From Thermoplasmata archaeon (GTDB lineage Archaea > Thermoplasmatota > Thermoplasmata > Lutacidiplasmatales > UBA184): a stretch of DNA of 64,000 bases. The position numbers and the translations under genes were made by a program. A model generated the notes under the pieces. That model was not told where the DNA came from and searched no databases. It saw only the letters and a program-made list of their open reading frames with translations. The stretch spans positions 40,794 to 104,793 of the forward strand of contig JAKAWX010000001.1 of assembly GCA_021816865.1 (NCBI GenBank). The letters run 5' to 3'. Positions 7,207 to 17,100 of this stretch are shown here, in pieces. The first letter of the stretch is position 1; each line of letters opens with the position of its first letter.

Positions 7207-10200
7207 TTACTCCCTCCACGGCGGAACGGAGACGTTCGCGGGCGGCACGTACGGCGACGGCGGGTGGGGAGGCCGCCGACGCGATCGGTGCGCGAGATGG
7301 AGGACGACCGCGGCGATCGTTCCTCCCACGACGAGCCCGAGGAAGAGCGCCGCGAGCGAGCTCCCCGACCCAAGAGCCGTCGGGGAGGCTGGAGTGATCG
7401 TGAACGGGAGCTTCGCAAAGACGCGGGCGCCGGCGGCGTCCACGAGGGTGACGTTGATCGAGTACGCGCCCGGCCCGCCGTACGTGTGGGCCACGTCGAC
7501 GCCGCTCGCGGAAGAGCCGTCCCCGAACGACCAGTCGACGGAGTAAGGAGGGGTCCCCCCCTGGAACGCGGCCCGGAACTCGACCCCGGTGCCGACGGGA
7601 ACGGAATCGGTCGCGTTCCGCCCGACCGCGTAGAACGTCCCCGAAAGGTCGGGGTTCACGGTGACGTTCTCGGTGCGGTTGGCGTACGCGCCCCGGGCGT
7701 CCTGGTAGTCGAAGAGGACGGCGTACCGGCCCGCACGGTTCCAGGAGTGCGAGACGTTGAGTCCCGTCGCGGTCGTCCCGTCGCCGAACGTCCACTCCTC
7801 CGCGGACGCGCCCGACCCTCCCGAGACGATCGCGCTCAGGTTGATCGTTTGCCCCACGTCCGTCGCGTTCCCCGGGCTCGCGGAGACCGCGGTCACCGGG
7901 CGGGGCTGGACCTCGACGACGCTGCTGACGGAGACCGTCCGCCCCGTCGAATCTGCCACGGTCACCGTCAGGAGGTACGTCCCCGCCGTCGAATAGGCAT
8001 GAACGACCGAGAGGCCGGTGGCCGTGCCTCCGTCCCCGAAGTCCCAGGACGCGCCATAGCTCGGGATCCCGCCGGTGACGGTCACCTGGGCGGAGAGAGA
8101 GCCGCCCGCGTCGAGGGCCGGGAGAGGACCCGGTGTCAGGGCGAGGAGCGCGGTCAGGCGGGCCCCCACCGTGAGGTTCGTCGACGCACTCGCCGCGTGA
8201 CCGAGAGAGTCGGTCACGGTCGCGGCGAGGGTGTAGCTTCCGTTCACGGCGGGCGTGCAGTTCAGCGACAGTACGTCGGCGGAAAGGCAACCCGGCGGCA
8301 GCCCGGAGTAGGCGACGCTGACCGGTCCCGTGCCCCCGACGTATCCCAACAGAACGTGCGTGGTTGAGTTCACGTCGACCGTCGACGGCGACGCGGAGAG
8401 GAAAGTGATCTGGGGCAAGGTGGCGATCTCGCTGAGCGTGCCCGAGTGGGTGTTGGCCACGATCAGGGCGCCCGCCGCGGGGGCGGTGCTCCCGACCAGC
8501 GTTACGGGGTCGGGGTCGAAGGGCATTTCGCCCACCGCCATGCTGACCACCGAGGCCCGACTGGCGACCACGCTCGAGCCGTCCAGCACCGAGACCACGC
8601 CCGCGTTCGACGAACCTCCCGTCGTCATCGAGGCGTAGAGGAGTTCCCGCGTCGGGTCGAAGGCAAGTCCCGTGGTGAGGACGTGTGTCGGGAGGGGGAT
8701 CGGAGCGCCGACGACCGAGTTCGTGGTCGGGTCGATGACGGAGATGTTCGTCCCGAGCGCGTAGACGGCACCATCGGCGGCGTCGTAGGCCACGGAGCTG
8801 ACCCCGGTCCCCGCGAAGAGCGCCGGCACGACGACCCCGCCGGAGGCCGAGTCGACCACCTCGAGTTCGCCGGACGAGGTGTTCACCACGAAGAGTTCAC
8901 TAACCGCCGGATCCAAGGTCATCATCTGCTGCGACACGAGCCCCGTGGGCACATCGATCGAGTACGCGGGAGTCAGCCCTGCGAGGTGGAGTGCGACAAG
9001 ACCCCGGGGACCGTTCGCGAGCCACAGGAGGCCGTCCCCGGGGTCAACGAGCAGCGCCGAATTGGAGCCGGTGAGCCCCGAGTCGCTCGCGAGAAGCTGA
9101 CCGGTGGCGGGGTCGACGGCGTCCACCGCGTTGGCCAGACCGACGTACACGGTGCCGGTCGCGGGATCGACGGCGACCGAAGCGACCCCCGCGCCGAGGT
9201 GCAGGGGGGCGAGAGCGGTACGGCCCGTAGTCGCGTTCAGGACGATGACCGAGCTCGAGAAACTGTCGGTGACGAACAATTCGTTCGTCACGGGGTCGTA
9301 GCTCGAGCTCGCCGGTTGCGATCCGAGGGTGGGGGACCGGGCGGTGACGTCATGGGCGACCAGGTTGACCGTGCTCACGTTGCGTCCCACCGTGGACCAG
9401 ACCAGTGCATTGGAGCCACTACTTTCGACCACTACCGAGGTCAAGTTGGACCCGACACCAATAGCGGCGTCGAGAATGGCCCCTGAGGAGGAGTTCACGA
9501 TGACAAGGTTGGACCCCGAAGAGTTCCCCACAATGTACTCGGTCCCGTTGGCCGTCGTTGCCACCGGAGCCGAGCCGATGCCGGTGAGTTGAACCGCCTG
9601 AGGTGCCAGCACCGTCGCGTTCAAAATCACGATCTGCGATTTGGACGGTACGGTAACACCTACGGTTCCCGAGGACCTAGAGTAGGCCACCCCAGCGGGT
9701 GTCCCTTGCAAAGTGATTGATGGTCCGGAACCATCCGTCGTGACGTTAACGCTTCTCAGCAATCTATCACCACTATCCGCGATGAACAGGAATCCGTCAG
9801 CCGCGTCGAAAGCGAGGGCTGCTGGTCTTAGCCCGGTGGGAATGCCGCCATTCGCGACCGTGTTGCTCGAGGCATCGATGACGGTGATGTTGTTCGAGCC
9901 TGCGTTCGCGACGTACAAAGAGTTCGTCGCCGGGTCGAGGGCCAGGGCGACGGGGTCGGCCCCGACGGGGATCGCCGGGTGGAGCCAGGCTCCGGTGGTG
10001 GCGTTCAGGACCCCGACGCTCGCGTTCGCGTAGTCCGCCGAGTACAGGAGATCGTTGACGGGGTCGAAGAGGAACGCCGAGGTGTTCTCGACCGAGAGGG
10101 CGATCCCGACGAACCGGTTGGCGTTCGCGTTGAACTCCACGGCCGGGGCAACATTCGGCGCCGGGAGGCCGCCGACCGAGACCGCCCGTTCCGGGAGCCA

Positions 10201-10584
10201 GAGGTCGCCCGTCGACGGCACGTAGGCCGGGCTGCCCACCTGCCAGCCGGCGACCGAGGAAGGGAAGTTGCCGGGGAGGGACCCGTTGTAGTTCGGCAGG
10301 ATCGACCGGAGGACGGAACCCGCGCCCGCCCGCGGCGACGACGACGACGCTGACGCGGCGCCCGCCGGAGGGGCGGGGAACGTGACGTGCGGCGAGAGAA
10401 GGCTCGGGGAGGCCCCGGCGGCGGAGGTCCCGGCCTCACCGGCGAGACCCATCGACGTCCGTTCCCCGGGAACGAAGGCGGAGCCGTACGCGGCCAGGGA
10501 GGCGAGCAGCAAGCAGCCGACCACGGCGAGGACGCGCGCTCGGGGCCGGAACCCGCCGGGGCCCCGGCGTCGACGGGAGGCCAT
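7207..10584 (-). CDS. Secreted, membrane-anchored YVTN beta-propeller + PKD-domain surface protein
   Basis: Signal peptide; YVANAGSNNITVID and FVTDSFSSSVIV repeats; three W(D/T/S)FGDG PKD motifs; C-terminal TM helix + basic tail. Confidence 0.9.
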   Translation of the reverse strand: MASRRRRGPGGFRPRARVLAVVGCLLLASLAAYGSAFVPGERTSMGLAGEAGTSAAGASPSLLSPHVTFPAPPAGAASASSSSPRAGAGSVLRSILPNYNGSLPGNFPSSVAGWQVGSPAYVPSTGDLWLPERAVSVGGLPAPNVAPAVEFNANANRFVGIALSVENTSAFLFDPVNDLLYSADYANASVGVLNATTGAWLHPAIPVGADPVALALDPATNSLYVANAGSNNITVIDASSNTVANGGIPTGLRPAALAFDAADGFLFIADSGDRLLRSVNVTTDGSGPSITLQGTPAGVAYSRSSGTVGVTVPSKSQIVILNATVLAPQAVQLTGIGSAPVATTANGTEYIVGNSSGSNLVIVNSSSGAILDAAIGVGSNLTSVVVESSGSNALVWSTVGRNVSTVNLVAHDVTARSPTLGSQPASSSYDPVTNELFVTDSFSSSVIVLNATTGRTALAPLHLGAGVASVAVDPATGTVYVGLANAVDAVDPATGQLLASDSGLTGSNSALLVDPGDGLLWLANGPRGLVALHLAGLTPAYSIDVPTGLVSQQMMTLDPAVSELFVVNTSSGELEVVDSASGGVVVPALFAGTGVSSVAYDAADGAVYALGTNISVIDPTTNSVVGAPIPLPTHVLTTGLAFDPTRELLYASMTTGGSSNAGVVSVLDGSSVVASRASVVSMAVGEMPFDPDPVTLVGSTAPAAGALIVANTHSGTLSEIATLPQITFLSASPSTVDVNSTTHVLLGYVGGTGPVSVAYSGLPPGCLSADVLSLNCTPAVNGSYTLAATVTDSLGHAASASTNLTVGARLTALLALTPGPLPALDAGGSLSAQVTVTGGIPSYGASWDFGDGGTATGLSVVHAYSTAGTYLLTVTVADSTGRTVSVSSVVEVQPRPVTAVSASPGNATDVGQTINLSAIVSGGSGASAEEWTFGDGTTATGLNVSHSWNRAGRYAVLFDYQDARGAYANRTENVTVNPDLSGTFYAVGRNATDSVPVGTGVEFRAAFQGGTPPYSVDWSFGDGSSASGVDVAHTYGGPGAYSINVTLVDAAGARVFAKLPFTITPASPTALGSGSSLAALFLGLVVGGTIAAVVLHLAHRSRRRPPHPPSPYVPPANVSVPPWRE

Positions 10585-10642
10585 CTCGGAAAGCTCAGCC
10601 GCGGGCCAACTTAAACCCGTCCGTCGAGTCGCGGCGCGCCGG

Positions 10643-11629
10643 TCAGTCCATCGTGCGGATGACCCGGGCCGCGTGGGCGTCCACGATGATGGCGTACGGT
10701 TTTCCCTTGCGTTCCAGGCGGAACTGCCAGAGCGGAACGTGCAGGAGCTCGCCGTCCTGGATGTCGACCTGAGTGTTCAGGTTCGAGACCATGCTGTGCT
10801 TCTTGTGCGCCGCCTCGCTCTGGAGCTCCTGTACGTGCGCCCGGGCGCTCCCCTTCGCGGCGTCCTCGGTGAGGTCGCCGTTGAGGACCGGGGCGGTCGA
10901 TGGGATCGACTTCTTGTCGAAGAGGGTCCGGTCGTCGAGGCCGAACTGGTACTCCTTGGGCTGGTAGGCGCTCATCGCCTTCACCGCGATGACCGGGAAC
11001 TCGTACTGGCCCGAGATCGTCTCGGAGCGGGTCGGGTTGACGACGGGCCCGGTCATGATCGGGATCGGGACGAACCCTCCCTGTCGTCCCCCGCCGAGCG
11101 CGCTCCCGAGGACCTCGGCGGCGGCGATCGTGCCGATCGTCGCGCCGACGCTCGTGGCGACCGCCTGGTACTGGTACGTCGTCGACGCCGACGCCGGTAG
11201 TACCCAGAACGGCACGTAGGAGAGCTTCGAGTCGACGACCTTCGACTCCTCGAAGTCGTGGCGGTGGAAGAACCCCGAGTCGATCCAATCGTGGACGACC
11301 TTGATCGCCGCCGCGGGGTCCGCGACCTTGAGCGGGAGCATCGTGTGCTTGTTGATCTCCTTCCAGCCGGCGCCGCCGAGCGTCACCGAGCCGCCGCAGT
11401 AGTCGCAGGTGACGACCGTCTCGCCGAACGTCGGGTGGATCGGCGCGCCGCACGACGGACACTTGAGCTCCTGGGCCCCCGAAGCCCCGATCGTCGCGCT
11501 CGCCGAGGAGCTCGACGGCGCGGTCGGTGCGGTCGGGGCCGTTCCCCCCGGACCCGCCATGGGCGCGCCGCACTTCGGGCAGAATCGGGCGTCGTCGGGC
11601 ATCGAGGTGCCGCACTTCATGCAGAACAT
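10643..11629 (-). CDS. Multi-zinc-ribbon protein (YdjG-like)
   Basis: MFCMKCG...FCPKCG, CPSCGA...CDYCG; YVPFW and HVPLW motifs; last gene of the SPFH operon. Confidence 0.8.
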   Translation of the reverse strand: MFCMKCGTSMPDDARFCPKCGAPMAGPGGTAPTAPTAPSSSSASATIGASGAQELKCPSCGAPIHPTFGETVVTCDYCGGSVTLGGAGWKEINKHTMLPLKVADPAAAIKVVHDWIDSGFFHRHDFEESKVVDSKLSYVPFWVLPASASTTYQYQAVATSVGATIGTIAAAEVLGSALGGGRQGGFVPIPIMTGPVVNPTRSETISGQYEFPVIAVKAMSAYQPKEYQFGLDDRTLFDKKSIPSTAPVLNGDLTEDAAKGSARAHVQELQSEAAHKKHSMVSNLNTQVDIQDGELLHVPLWQFRLERKGKPYAIIVDAHAARVIRTMD

Positions 11630-11669
11630 CGTCGATCCTCGCTCCGTGGTGCCGTCGACCCCGGGCGCC

Positions 11670-12827
11670 TCAGCCGAGCGCCGCGCCGCAGTTCGGACAG
11701 AACTTTCCCGCGCTCGTCACGTCGAGGCCGCACTTCGGGCACTTGCGCGGCGGCGGGGGAGCGAGGGACGCCCCGCAGCTCGGGCAGAACTTGGCCCCGG
11801 GCGCGGTCGGCTGGCCGCACTTCGGGCACGGGGGTCCTCCGGCCGCCGCGGGAGCGGCGCCGAGGGGGTTCCCGCATCCCGGGCAGAACCGCGTCCCGGC
11901 CGGGACGAGCGTGCCGCACTTCGGGCACGGCTGGCCGGGGCCCTGAGCGTACGCGCCCTGCATCTGGCCGGCCATGCCGTAGCCGATCCCGAGTCCCGCG
12001 CCGAGCCCGACGCCCGCGCTCGCGAGCGCCCCCGCGCCGCCCGACGGATTCGCCGCCGCGGTCGTCATCGCCTGGCCGGCCTGGTACTGCATGTAGTTCA
12101 CACCGAGCACGCTCATCGTCGAGCGCGTGTCGACCGCCTTCTGGACCTCGTCCGGGAGGTTGATCGAGATTCCCTGCAGCTGCAGCACCTCGACGCCGAG
12201 CGGGCCGAAATGCTGGGGAGAGAACCCGAGGACCGCCTGTTCGATCGTGGAGAGCTGGGTCGCGATGTCGGTGACGCGCATCCCCTGCTCCTTCAGCTTC
12301 CCGAGCGTGTTGTAGACGAGGAGGACCATCTGGTCCCGAAGGCGCCCCTCGACGTCCGAGGCCGTCGCGGCACCGAACGTCCCGACGAACTGGTTGATGA
12401 AGTTGTCCGGAGCCCCGACCTTCCAACGATAGCTGCCGAAGACGCGGAGGGAGACGAGGCCGAAGTCGGGGTCCCGGAAGACGTACGGCTCGGCGCTGCC
12501 GTACTTGCCGTCGAAGATGCGTCGCTGAAGGTAGTACACCTCCGCCTCCTGCCGGACGCCCGAGAGCGCCTGGACCAGGTTGCCGATCAGCGGGGCGTTC
12601 ATGCTCGTGAGCGCGTAGCGGTCCGGCTTCTCGAGGTAGGCGAGGACCTTGCCGTCCCGGTAGAAGACGGCGGTCTCGTCCTCCCGGACGACGATGTTGT
12701 CGTTCCATCGGATGTTCCGGGGAACGCGCCACATGACGTTGGCGCCCTTGTAGGCGTCCTCCCAGTTGACCGTCGTGGCGCCGATCAGGCTCCCGCCCTT
12801 CGCCGGAATGGGGTTGTTCGTGACCAT
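11670..12827 (-). CDS. SPFH/band-7 domain protein with C-terminal zinc ribbons (YdjI-like)
   Basis: VVREDETAVFYRDGK, FRDPDFGLVSLRVFGSY, SINLPDEVQKAVD; three double CxxC...FCxxCG units. Confidence 0.9.
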   Translation of the reverse strand: MVTNNPIPAKGGSLIGATTVNWEDAYKGANVMWRVPRNIRWNDNIVVREDETAVFYRDGKVLAYLEKPDRYALTSMNAPLIGNLVQALSGVRQEAEVYYLQRRIFDGKYGSAEPYVFRDPDFGLVSLRVFGSYRWKVGAPDNFINQFVGTFGAATASDVEGRLRDQMVLLVYNTLGKLKEQGMRVTDIATQLSTIEQAVLGFSPQHFGPLGVEVLQLQGISINLPDEVQKAVDTRSTMSVLGVNYMQYQAGQAMTTAAANPSGGAGALASAGVGLGAGLGIGYGMAGQMQGAYAQGPGQPCPKCGTLVPAGTRFCPGCGNPLGAAPAAAGGPPCPKCGQPTAPGAKFCPSCGASLAPPPPRKCPKCGLDVTSAGKFCPNCGAALG

Positions 12828-12843
12828 CGTCCTCTTCCTTCTC

Positions 12844-13539
12844 CTAGGCGACCCGGATCCCCTCGACCGTCTGCATCCGTGCGCGGAACGCCTGATCGAG
12901 CTGGCTCACTTGACCGCGGGCGGTGGAGACGAGCGCCGCCACCGCGGCGGGGGCTCCCCCGACCGCCAGCGACGGCAACGAGGCGATCGTCCGGTTGAGC
13001 TCGTCGGCCGCCTCGACGAACCCGTAGTCGTACTCGTAGAGCCGGTCGAGCTGCTGGGGATTGACGCGAACCGCCGGAGAGATGCCGGTGTACCCCTGCT
13101 CGGCGTGGCGGATCTCGCCTTCGAGCCGCATCAGGTCGGCGATCATCGGGGCGAGGTCGTTGAGGGCGGAGAACTGGCCGGCGTTCGCGAGCGCCGTGCG
13201 AGAGTTCTCGATCGTGGTCCGGGCGTTCTTCACCTTGTCGGCGATCTGGAGCCTCAGGAAGCTGTCCGCCTCGCGGAGGTCCTCCCCCTGGCGGTAGCCG
13301 CGGAAGCCGGGGACGAGCAACTGCAGGCGCTTCAGCCAACCCCGGTCGTTCTCGACCTTCTGGCGGATGTCGAGCGGAGGAGCGCCGGGGGAAACGGCCG
13401 TCCCGGTCGAGCTGCCTCCCGTCACGACGAGCGACGAGCCGCACACGTTGCAGAACCGCGCGCCCGCGGGCGACGGCGTGCCGCACTTCGGACAGGTCGC
13501 GCTCGGGCCGGGGGGAGTGGGAGGAGCGCTCGCGGCCAT
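12844..13539 (-). CDS. Zinc ribbon + helical-bundle protein of the SPFH operon
   Basis: CPKCG...FCNVCG; PGFRGY...READ...R; LDRLYEYD. ATG at 13539 directly follows the upstream stop. Confidence 0.8.
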   Translation of the reverse strand: MAASAPPTPPGPSATCPKCGTPSPAGARFCNVCGSSLVVTGGSSTGTAVSPGAPPLDIRQKVENDRGWLKRLQLLVPGFRGYRQGEDLREADSFLRLQIADKVKNARTTIENSRTALANAGQFSALNDLAPMIADLMRLEGEIRHAEQGYTGISPAVRVNPQQLDRLYEYDYGFVEAADELNRTIASLPSLAVGGAPAAVAALVSTARGQVSQLDQAFRARMQTVEGIRVA

Positions 13540-13540
13540 G

Positions 13541-14095
13541 TCACGGGCTCCGGGGAGGGGGAGGGGCGCCCGGGGAGGAAGGGGGCGGAGGCACCTCGGG
13601 AACGCTCGGGGAGTTCGCGGCCGCGTACGAGAACGCGGAGCGGGCCGGTTCGCCCTGCCACGCGGCCCGGGCCACCTGCTGGTTCTGCGTGGCGCGGACG
13701 GCGCGACCGCGCCAGGCAATCAACGCGACGGCGACGATCAGCACGACGACGATGATCAAGAGCGCCCAGAGCTGCGCGACGACGCCGAGGACCCCGTACG
13801 TCGGGCCGAGGCCGACCGTGAGCAGGAGGACGGCGAACCCCATCCCGAAGAATCCCCAGGCGAGCGACCGCTGGGCGGTGGGGTCGCGCGAGAACGACTC
13901 CGCGAGGTAGGACCCGAGGGCGAGCAGGAGCGCGACGATCCCGATGGAGATGAGCGCGAAGAAGTGTTGGTTGGCCGGCAGGGTGTAGTAGATCGCGAGG
14001 AAGAGGAGAACCGCCGCGACCAGGAAAAGGCCCGTGAGCAGCCAGCCGCTATACCGGTCGCGAACCGGCGCCAGCGCCGGTGAAGTTCCCTGCAT
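13541..14095 (-). CDS. Four-TM membrane protein
   Basis: Four hydrophobic segments and a Pro-rich tail; TATA-like element at ~14128-14133 upstream. Confidence 0.8.
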   Translation of the reverse strand: MQGTSPALAPVRDRYSGWLLTGLFLVAAVLLFLAIYYTLPANQHFFALISIGIVALLLALGSYLAESFSRDPTAQRSLAWGFFGMGFAVLLLTVGLGPTYGVLGVVAQLWALLIIVVVLIVAVALIAWRGRAVRATQNQQVARAAWQGEPARSAFSYAAANSPSVPEVPPPPSSPGAPPPPRSP

Positions 14096-14158
14096 ATTCC
14101 CCGTGCCGGTGGAAAATGCAGATGCGACTATAAGAGCCTGCGGCCGAGGGCCGGCGGC

Positions 14159-17100
14159 TCAGAGGCGTGGCTCGTCGTCGTGTTTCTCGCGTTTCGGGCG
14201 GACGGCGGCGGGTACGGGAGGGGGCGGGGGCTCGGGGATCGCCTTCGAGGCCGTCTTGGCTTCCTTCGGGGGAGCGGCCGCGTTCGGGGCTTCCTTGCGG
14301 ACGGGGAGCGTGGCCGGAGGCCCCTTCGTCCTATCGGGCGAAGGCGGCTTGGACGTGTGGTCGGCGTGCGGAGGGGTCTTCGCGGGTCCCTCCCGGGGGA
14401 GCGCGACCGGTTTCGTCCGCTGGAAGACCCCTCGGAGCCCCCCGCCCCCGGTCGACGGACGGGCGACCGGTCGGCCCGACGGTGCGTGGACGCTCACGCC
14501 CTCGAGCGGTCGGGTCGACTCGGTCGTGATCGGCTGGCCGCACTTTGGGCAGTGCGGGAACTGGCCGACACAATGCTGGCAGAGCGGGGCGGAGCAGGTG
14601 TGCAGGACCGAAGCGATTCCCCCGCAGCCGACGCACCGAGCGACCGGGGTACTGGTGCCGTGGGCAGTGCCGGCGGCGCGGGGGCCCGCCCCCGATGCGG
14701 CCGTCGGAGGACGAGCCCAGTCGGACGAGGGGGCCACGGACACGGTCGAGGCCCCGGAAGCCGCCCCCCGCGCCTCCGCGGGGCCCGTGGGCTCGCCGTC
14801 CGGCTCCTCCGAGGTCCGGAACTCGGGGGAGTACGCCCCGAGGTCGAGCGCGGGAAGCGGCGCGTGGGCCGCGGCCCCGGCGGATTCGACGACCTTGATG
14901 AGGCGGGCCTTGTACACCCCGACCTTGAGGTTCTTCACGATCTGGAACAGCGTGCGCTGCTCCGCCGGGAGCCCGAGCGCTTGCCGGGCGAGGTCCTCGA
15001 CGTCGGGCGTCAGCTCGAGGTTTTCCGCCTTCAGGTTCGTCTCGAGGACCGCTTTGAGGTAGCCGAAGAGCCGCTGGATCCGGTCGAGCGTGTACGACGA
15101 GGGGGCGAGGGCCGCGACGTCGGCGAGGGTGAGCCCACGTCGCTCGATCCCCGGGGACCGACGTTCGAGCGCGGACGTGATGAGATGGTAGGAGGCGTTC
15201 TCGAGCTCTCGCACTTCGGCGGCGTCGAGATGGTCGAGGTCGACGGTGTCGGCGTGCGAGATCGTCGTGAGGACCGGTTCGAGGAACTCGTACGGCACGT
15301 GGAGCGTGACGAAGAGGTCGTTCTTGGTGACCGTGCGGCCGAGTCGCGCCTCGAGGAGGAGTGCCTCCCGGCCGTGGCGCTGGATCTCCGTGTCCCGGGT
15401 CTTCTGCACCGCGACCTTCTTCCCCTCCTTCGCCGGCGCGAAATCGGAGTCGAGCGCGAGCGCCCGGTCGAAGGACGCGACCGCGTCGGTGGGCCGTCCG
15501 ATCGCGACGAGCGCGAGTCCGCGGCTCGTCCACGCCTGCTTGTGGTTCGGGTCGGCCGCGGTCGCCCGGTCGTAGAGCGCCAGCGCCTCGTTGGGGTGCT
15601 GGAGGCGCATCGCGACCAGCCCGGCCCGCAGGAGGACCTCGACGTTCGCCGGGGCGAGCGAGAGGGCGTGCGCGAACGCGTCCGACGCCTCCGACCACGC
15701 CTGCCGGGCGGTCGCGAGCTCCCCGAGGCGGACCCAGAGCGGGACGCTCTTCGGGAGGAGCTCGACCCCCTTGCGGAGCGTTTCGTCGGCGACGTCGAGG
15801 TGCGCGAGGCCACTCTCGGCCTCGGCGAGGAGCAGGTAGAGCGACTCCTGGGGGGGGACCTGGGGGAGCGCGGCCCGGACAAACTCGGCCGCCTCGGCGT
15901 GCTTGCCTTCCTCGAGCATCGACTTCGCGATGCCGGCGAGCGCGATCGGGGACTTCGGCTCGCGCCGGCGCACCTCCTCGAAGACCCCGCGGGCTTCCGC
16001 CGGACGTTCGAGGCCGCTCAGGATCTCCGCGCGCAGGAGCTGGGCCGCGAGGTTCGAGGGGCCGCCCTCGGGCACGGCCTTCAGGCCGTCGTCCAGGACC
16101 TCGAGCGCGAGGTCGGGTCGCCCCGCAGTAAGGCGAAGCCGGGCGCGTCGGATCGCGATCTCGACCTTGAGGACGGGGTCGACCTGGGCCGCCCGTTCGT
16201 ACGCCTGGTTCGCCTCCTCCGCGAGGCCGAGCGCCGCGGCGAGGTCGCCGCGGTCGAGCTGGAGCGCGGCGTCGCTCGCCTCGGGGGCATCGGTCGCGAG
16301 CAAGCGGGTGAGGTCGTCGTACGCCTCGCGCGTCTCGCCCGCGTCGCGGTGGAGCCGGTACATCTCGAGCAGCGCGGGACCGTTCTCGGGCTCGAGGAGG
16401 AGGATCGCCCTGAGCGAGTAAAGAACCTCGCTCGGACGTCCGAGCGACCGCAGCGCGTCGCCCCGCACCTTCCACGCCGCGAGGTCGTTCGGCTCCTCGA
16501 CGAGCAGCGGGTCGACGATCTGAACGACCTCGGAATACTGCCCGGCGAGCTGGAGGGTCTCCGCGAGGGCGAGACGGCCGTGGCGGTTCTTCGGGTCGAT
16601 CGTGAGCCCTTGACGGTAGTACGCGATCGCGTCGGCGTACGCCCCCTGCGCCCGCAGCGCTTCGGCGACCTCGAAATGGGCGTGCGGGTCGCCGCGGGTC
16701 GTCTGGACCGCCTGCTGGAGGACGGAAAGCGCCTCGGCCCGCCGCCCGGTCTTGAGGAGGAGCTGGCCCTTCTTTCTCAGGAAGAGGGGGTTCGACGGTT
16801 CGCGCCGGAGCAGGAGGTCGAGCAGCTGGAGGGCGCGGGCGTCCTGGTTGAGGAGCGCCAGGACCTCGACGGCGCCCCAGAAGAGGTCGGGGTCCTCGGC
16901 GCCTCCCGAGATGGCCCGGCCGTACGCCTCGTTCGCCTCCGAGTAGTGCCCGGTCTCGCGCAGGGTGTGCGCGAGCTCCTTCAGGATGTCGAACCGCCGC
17001 GCGTTGTCCGGGTCGTCGAGGAACCGCCGGTACGCCTCGATCGCCCGCTCGGGGTCCCCCACGAGCCGGGAGGCCCGAGCGATCCCGAGCTCCGCGACGT

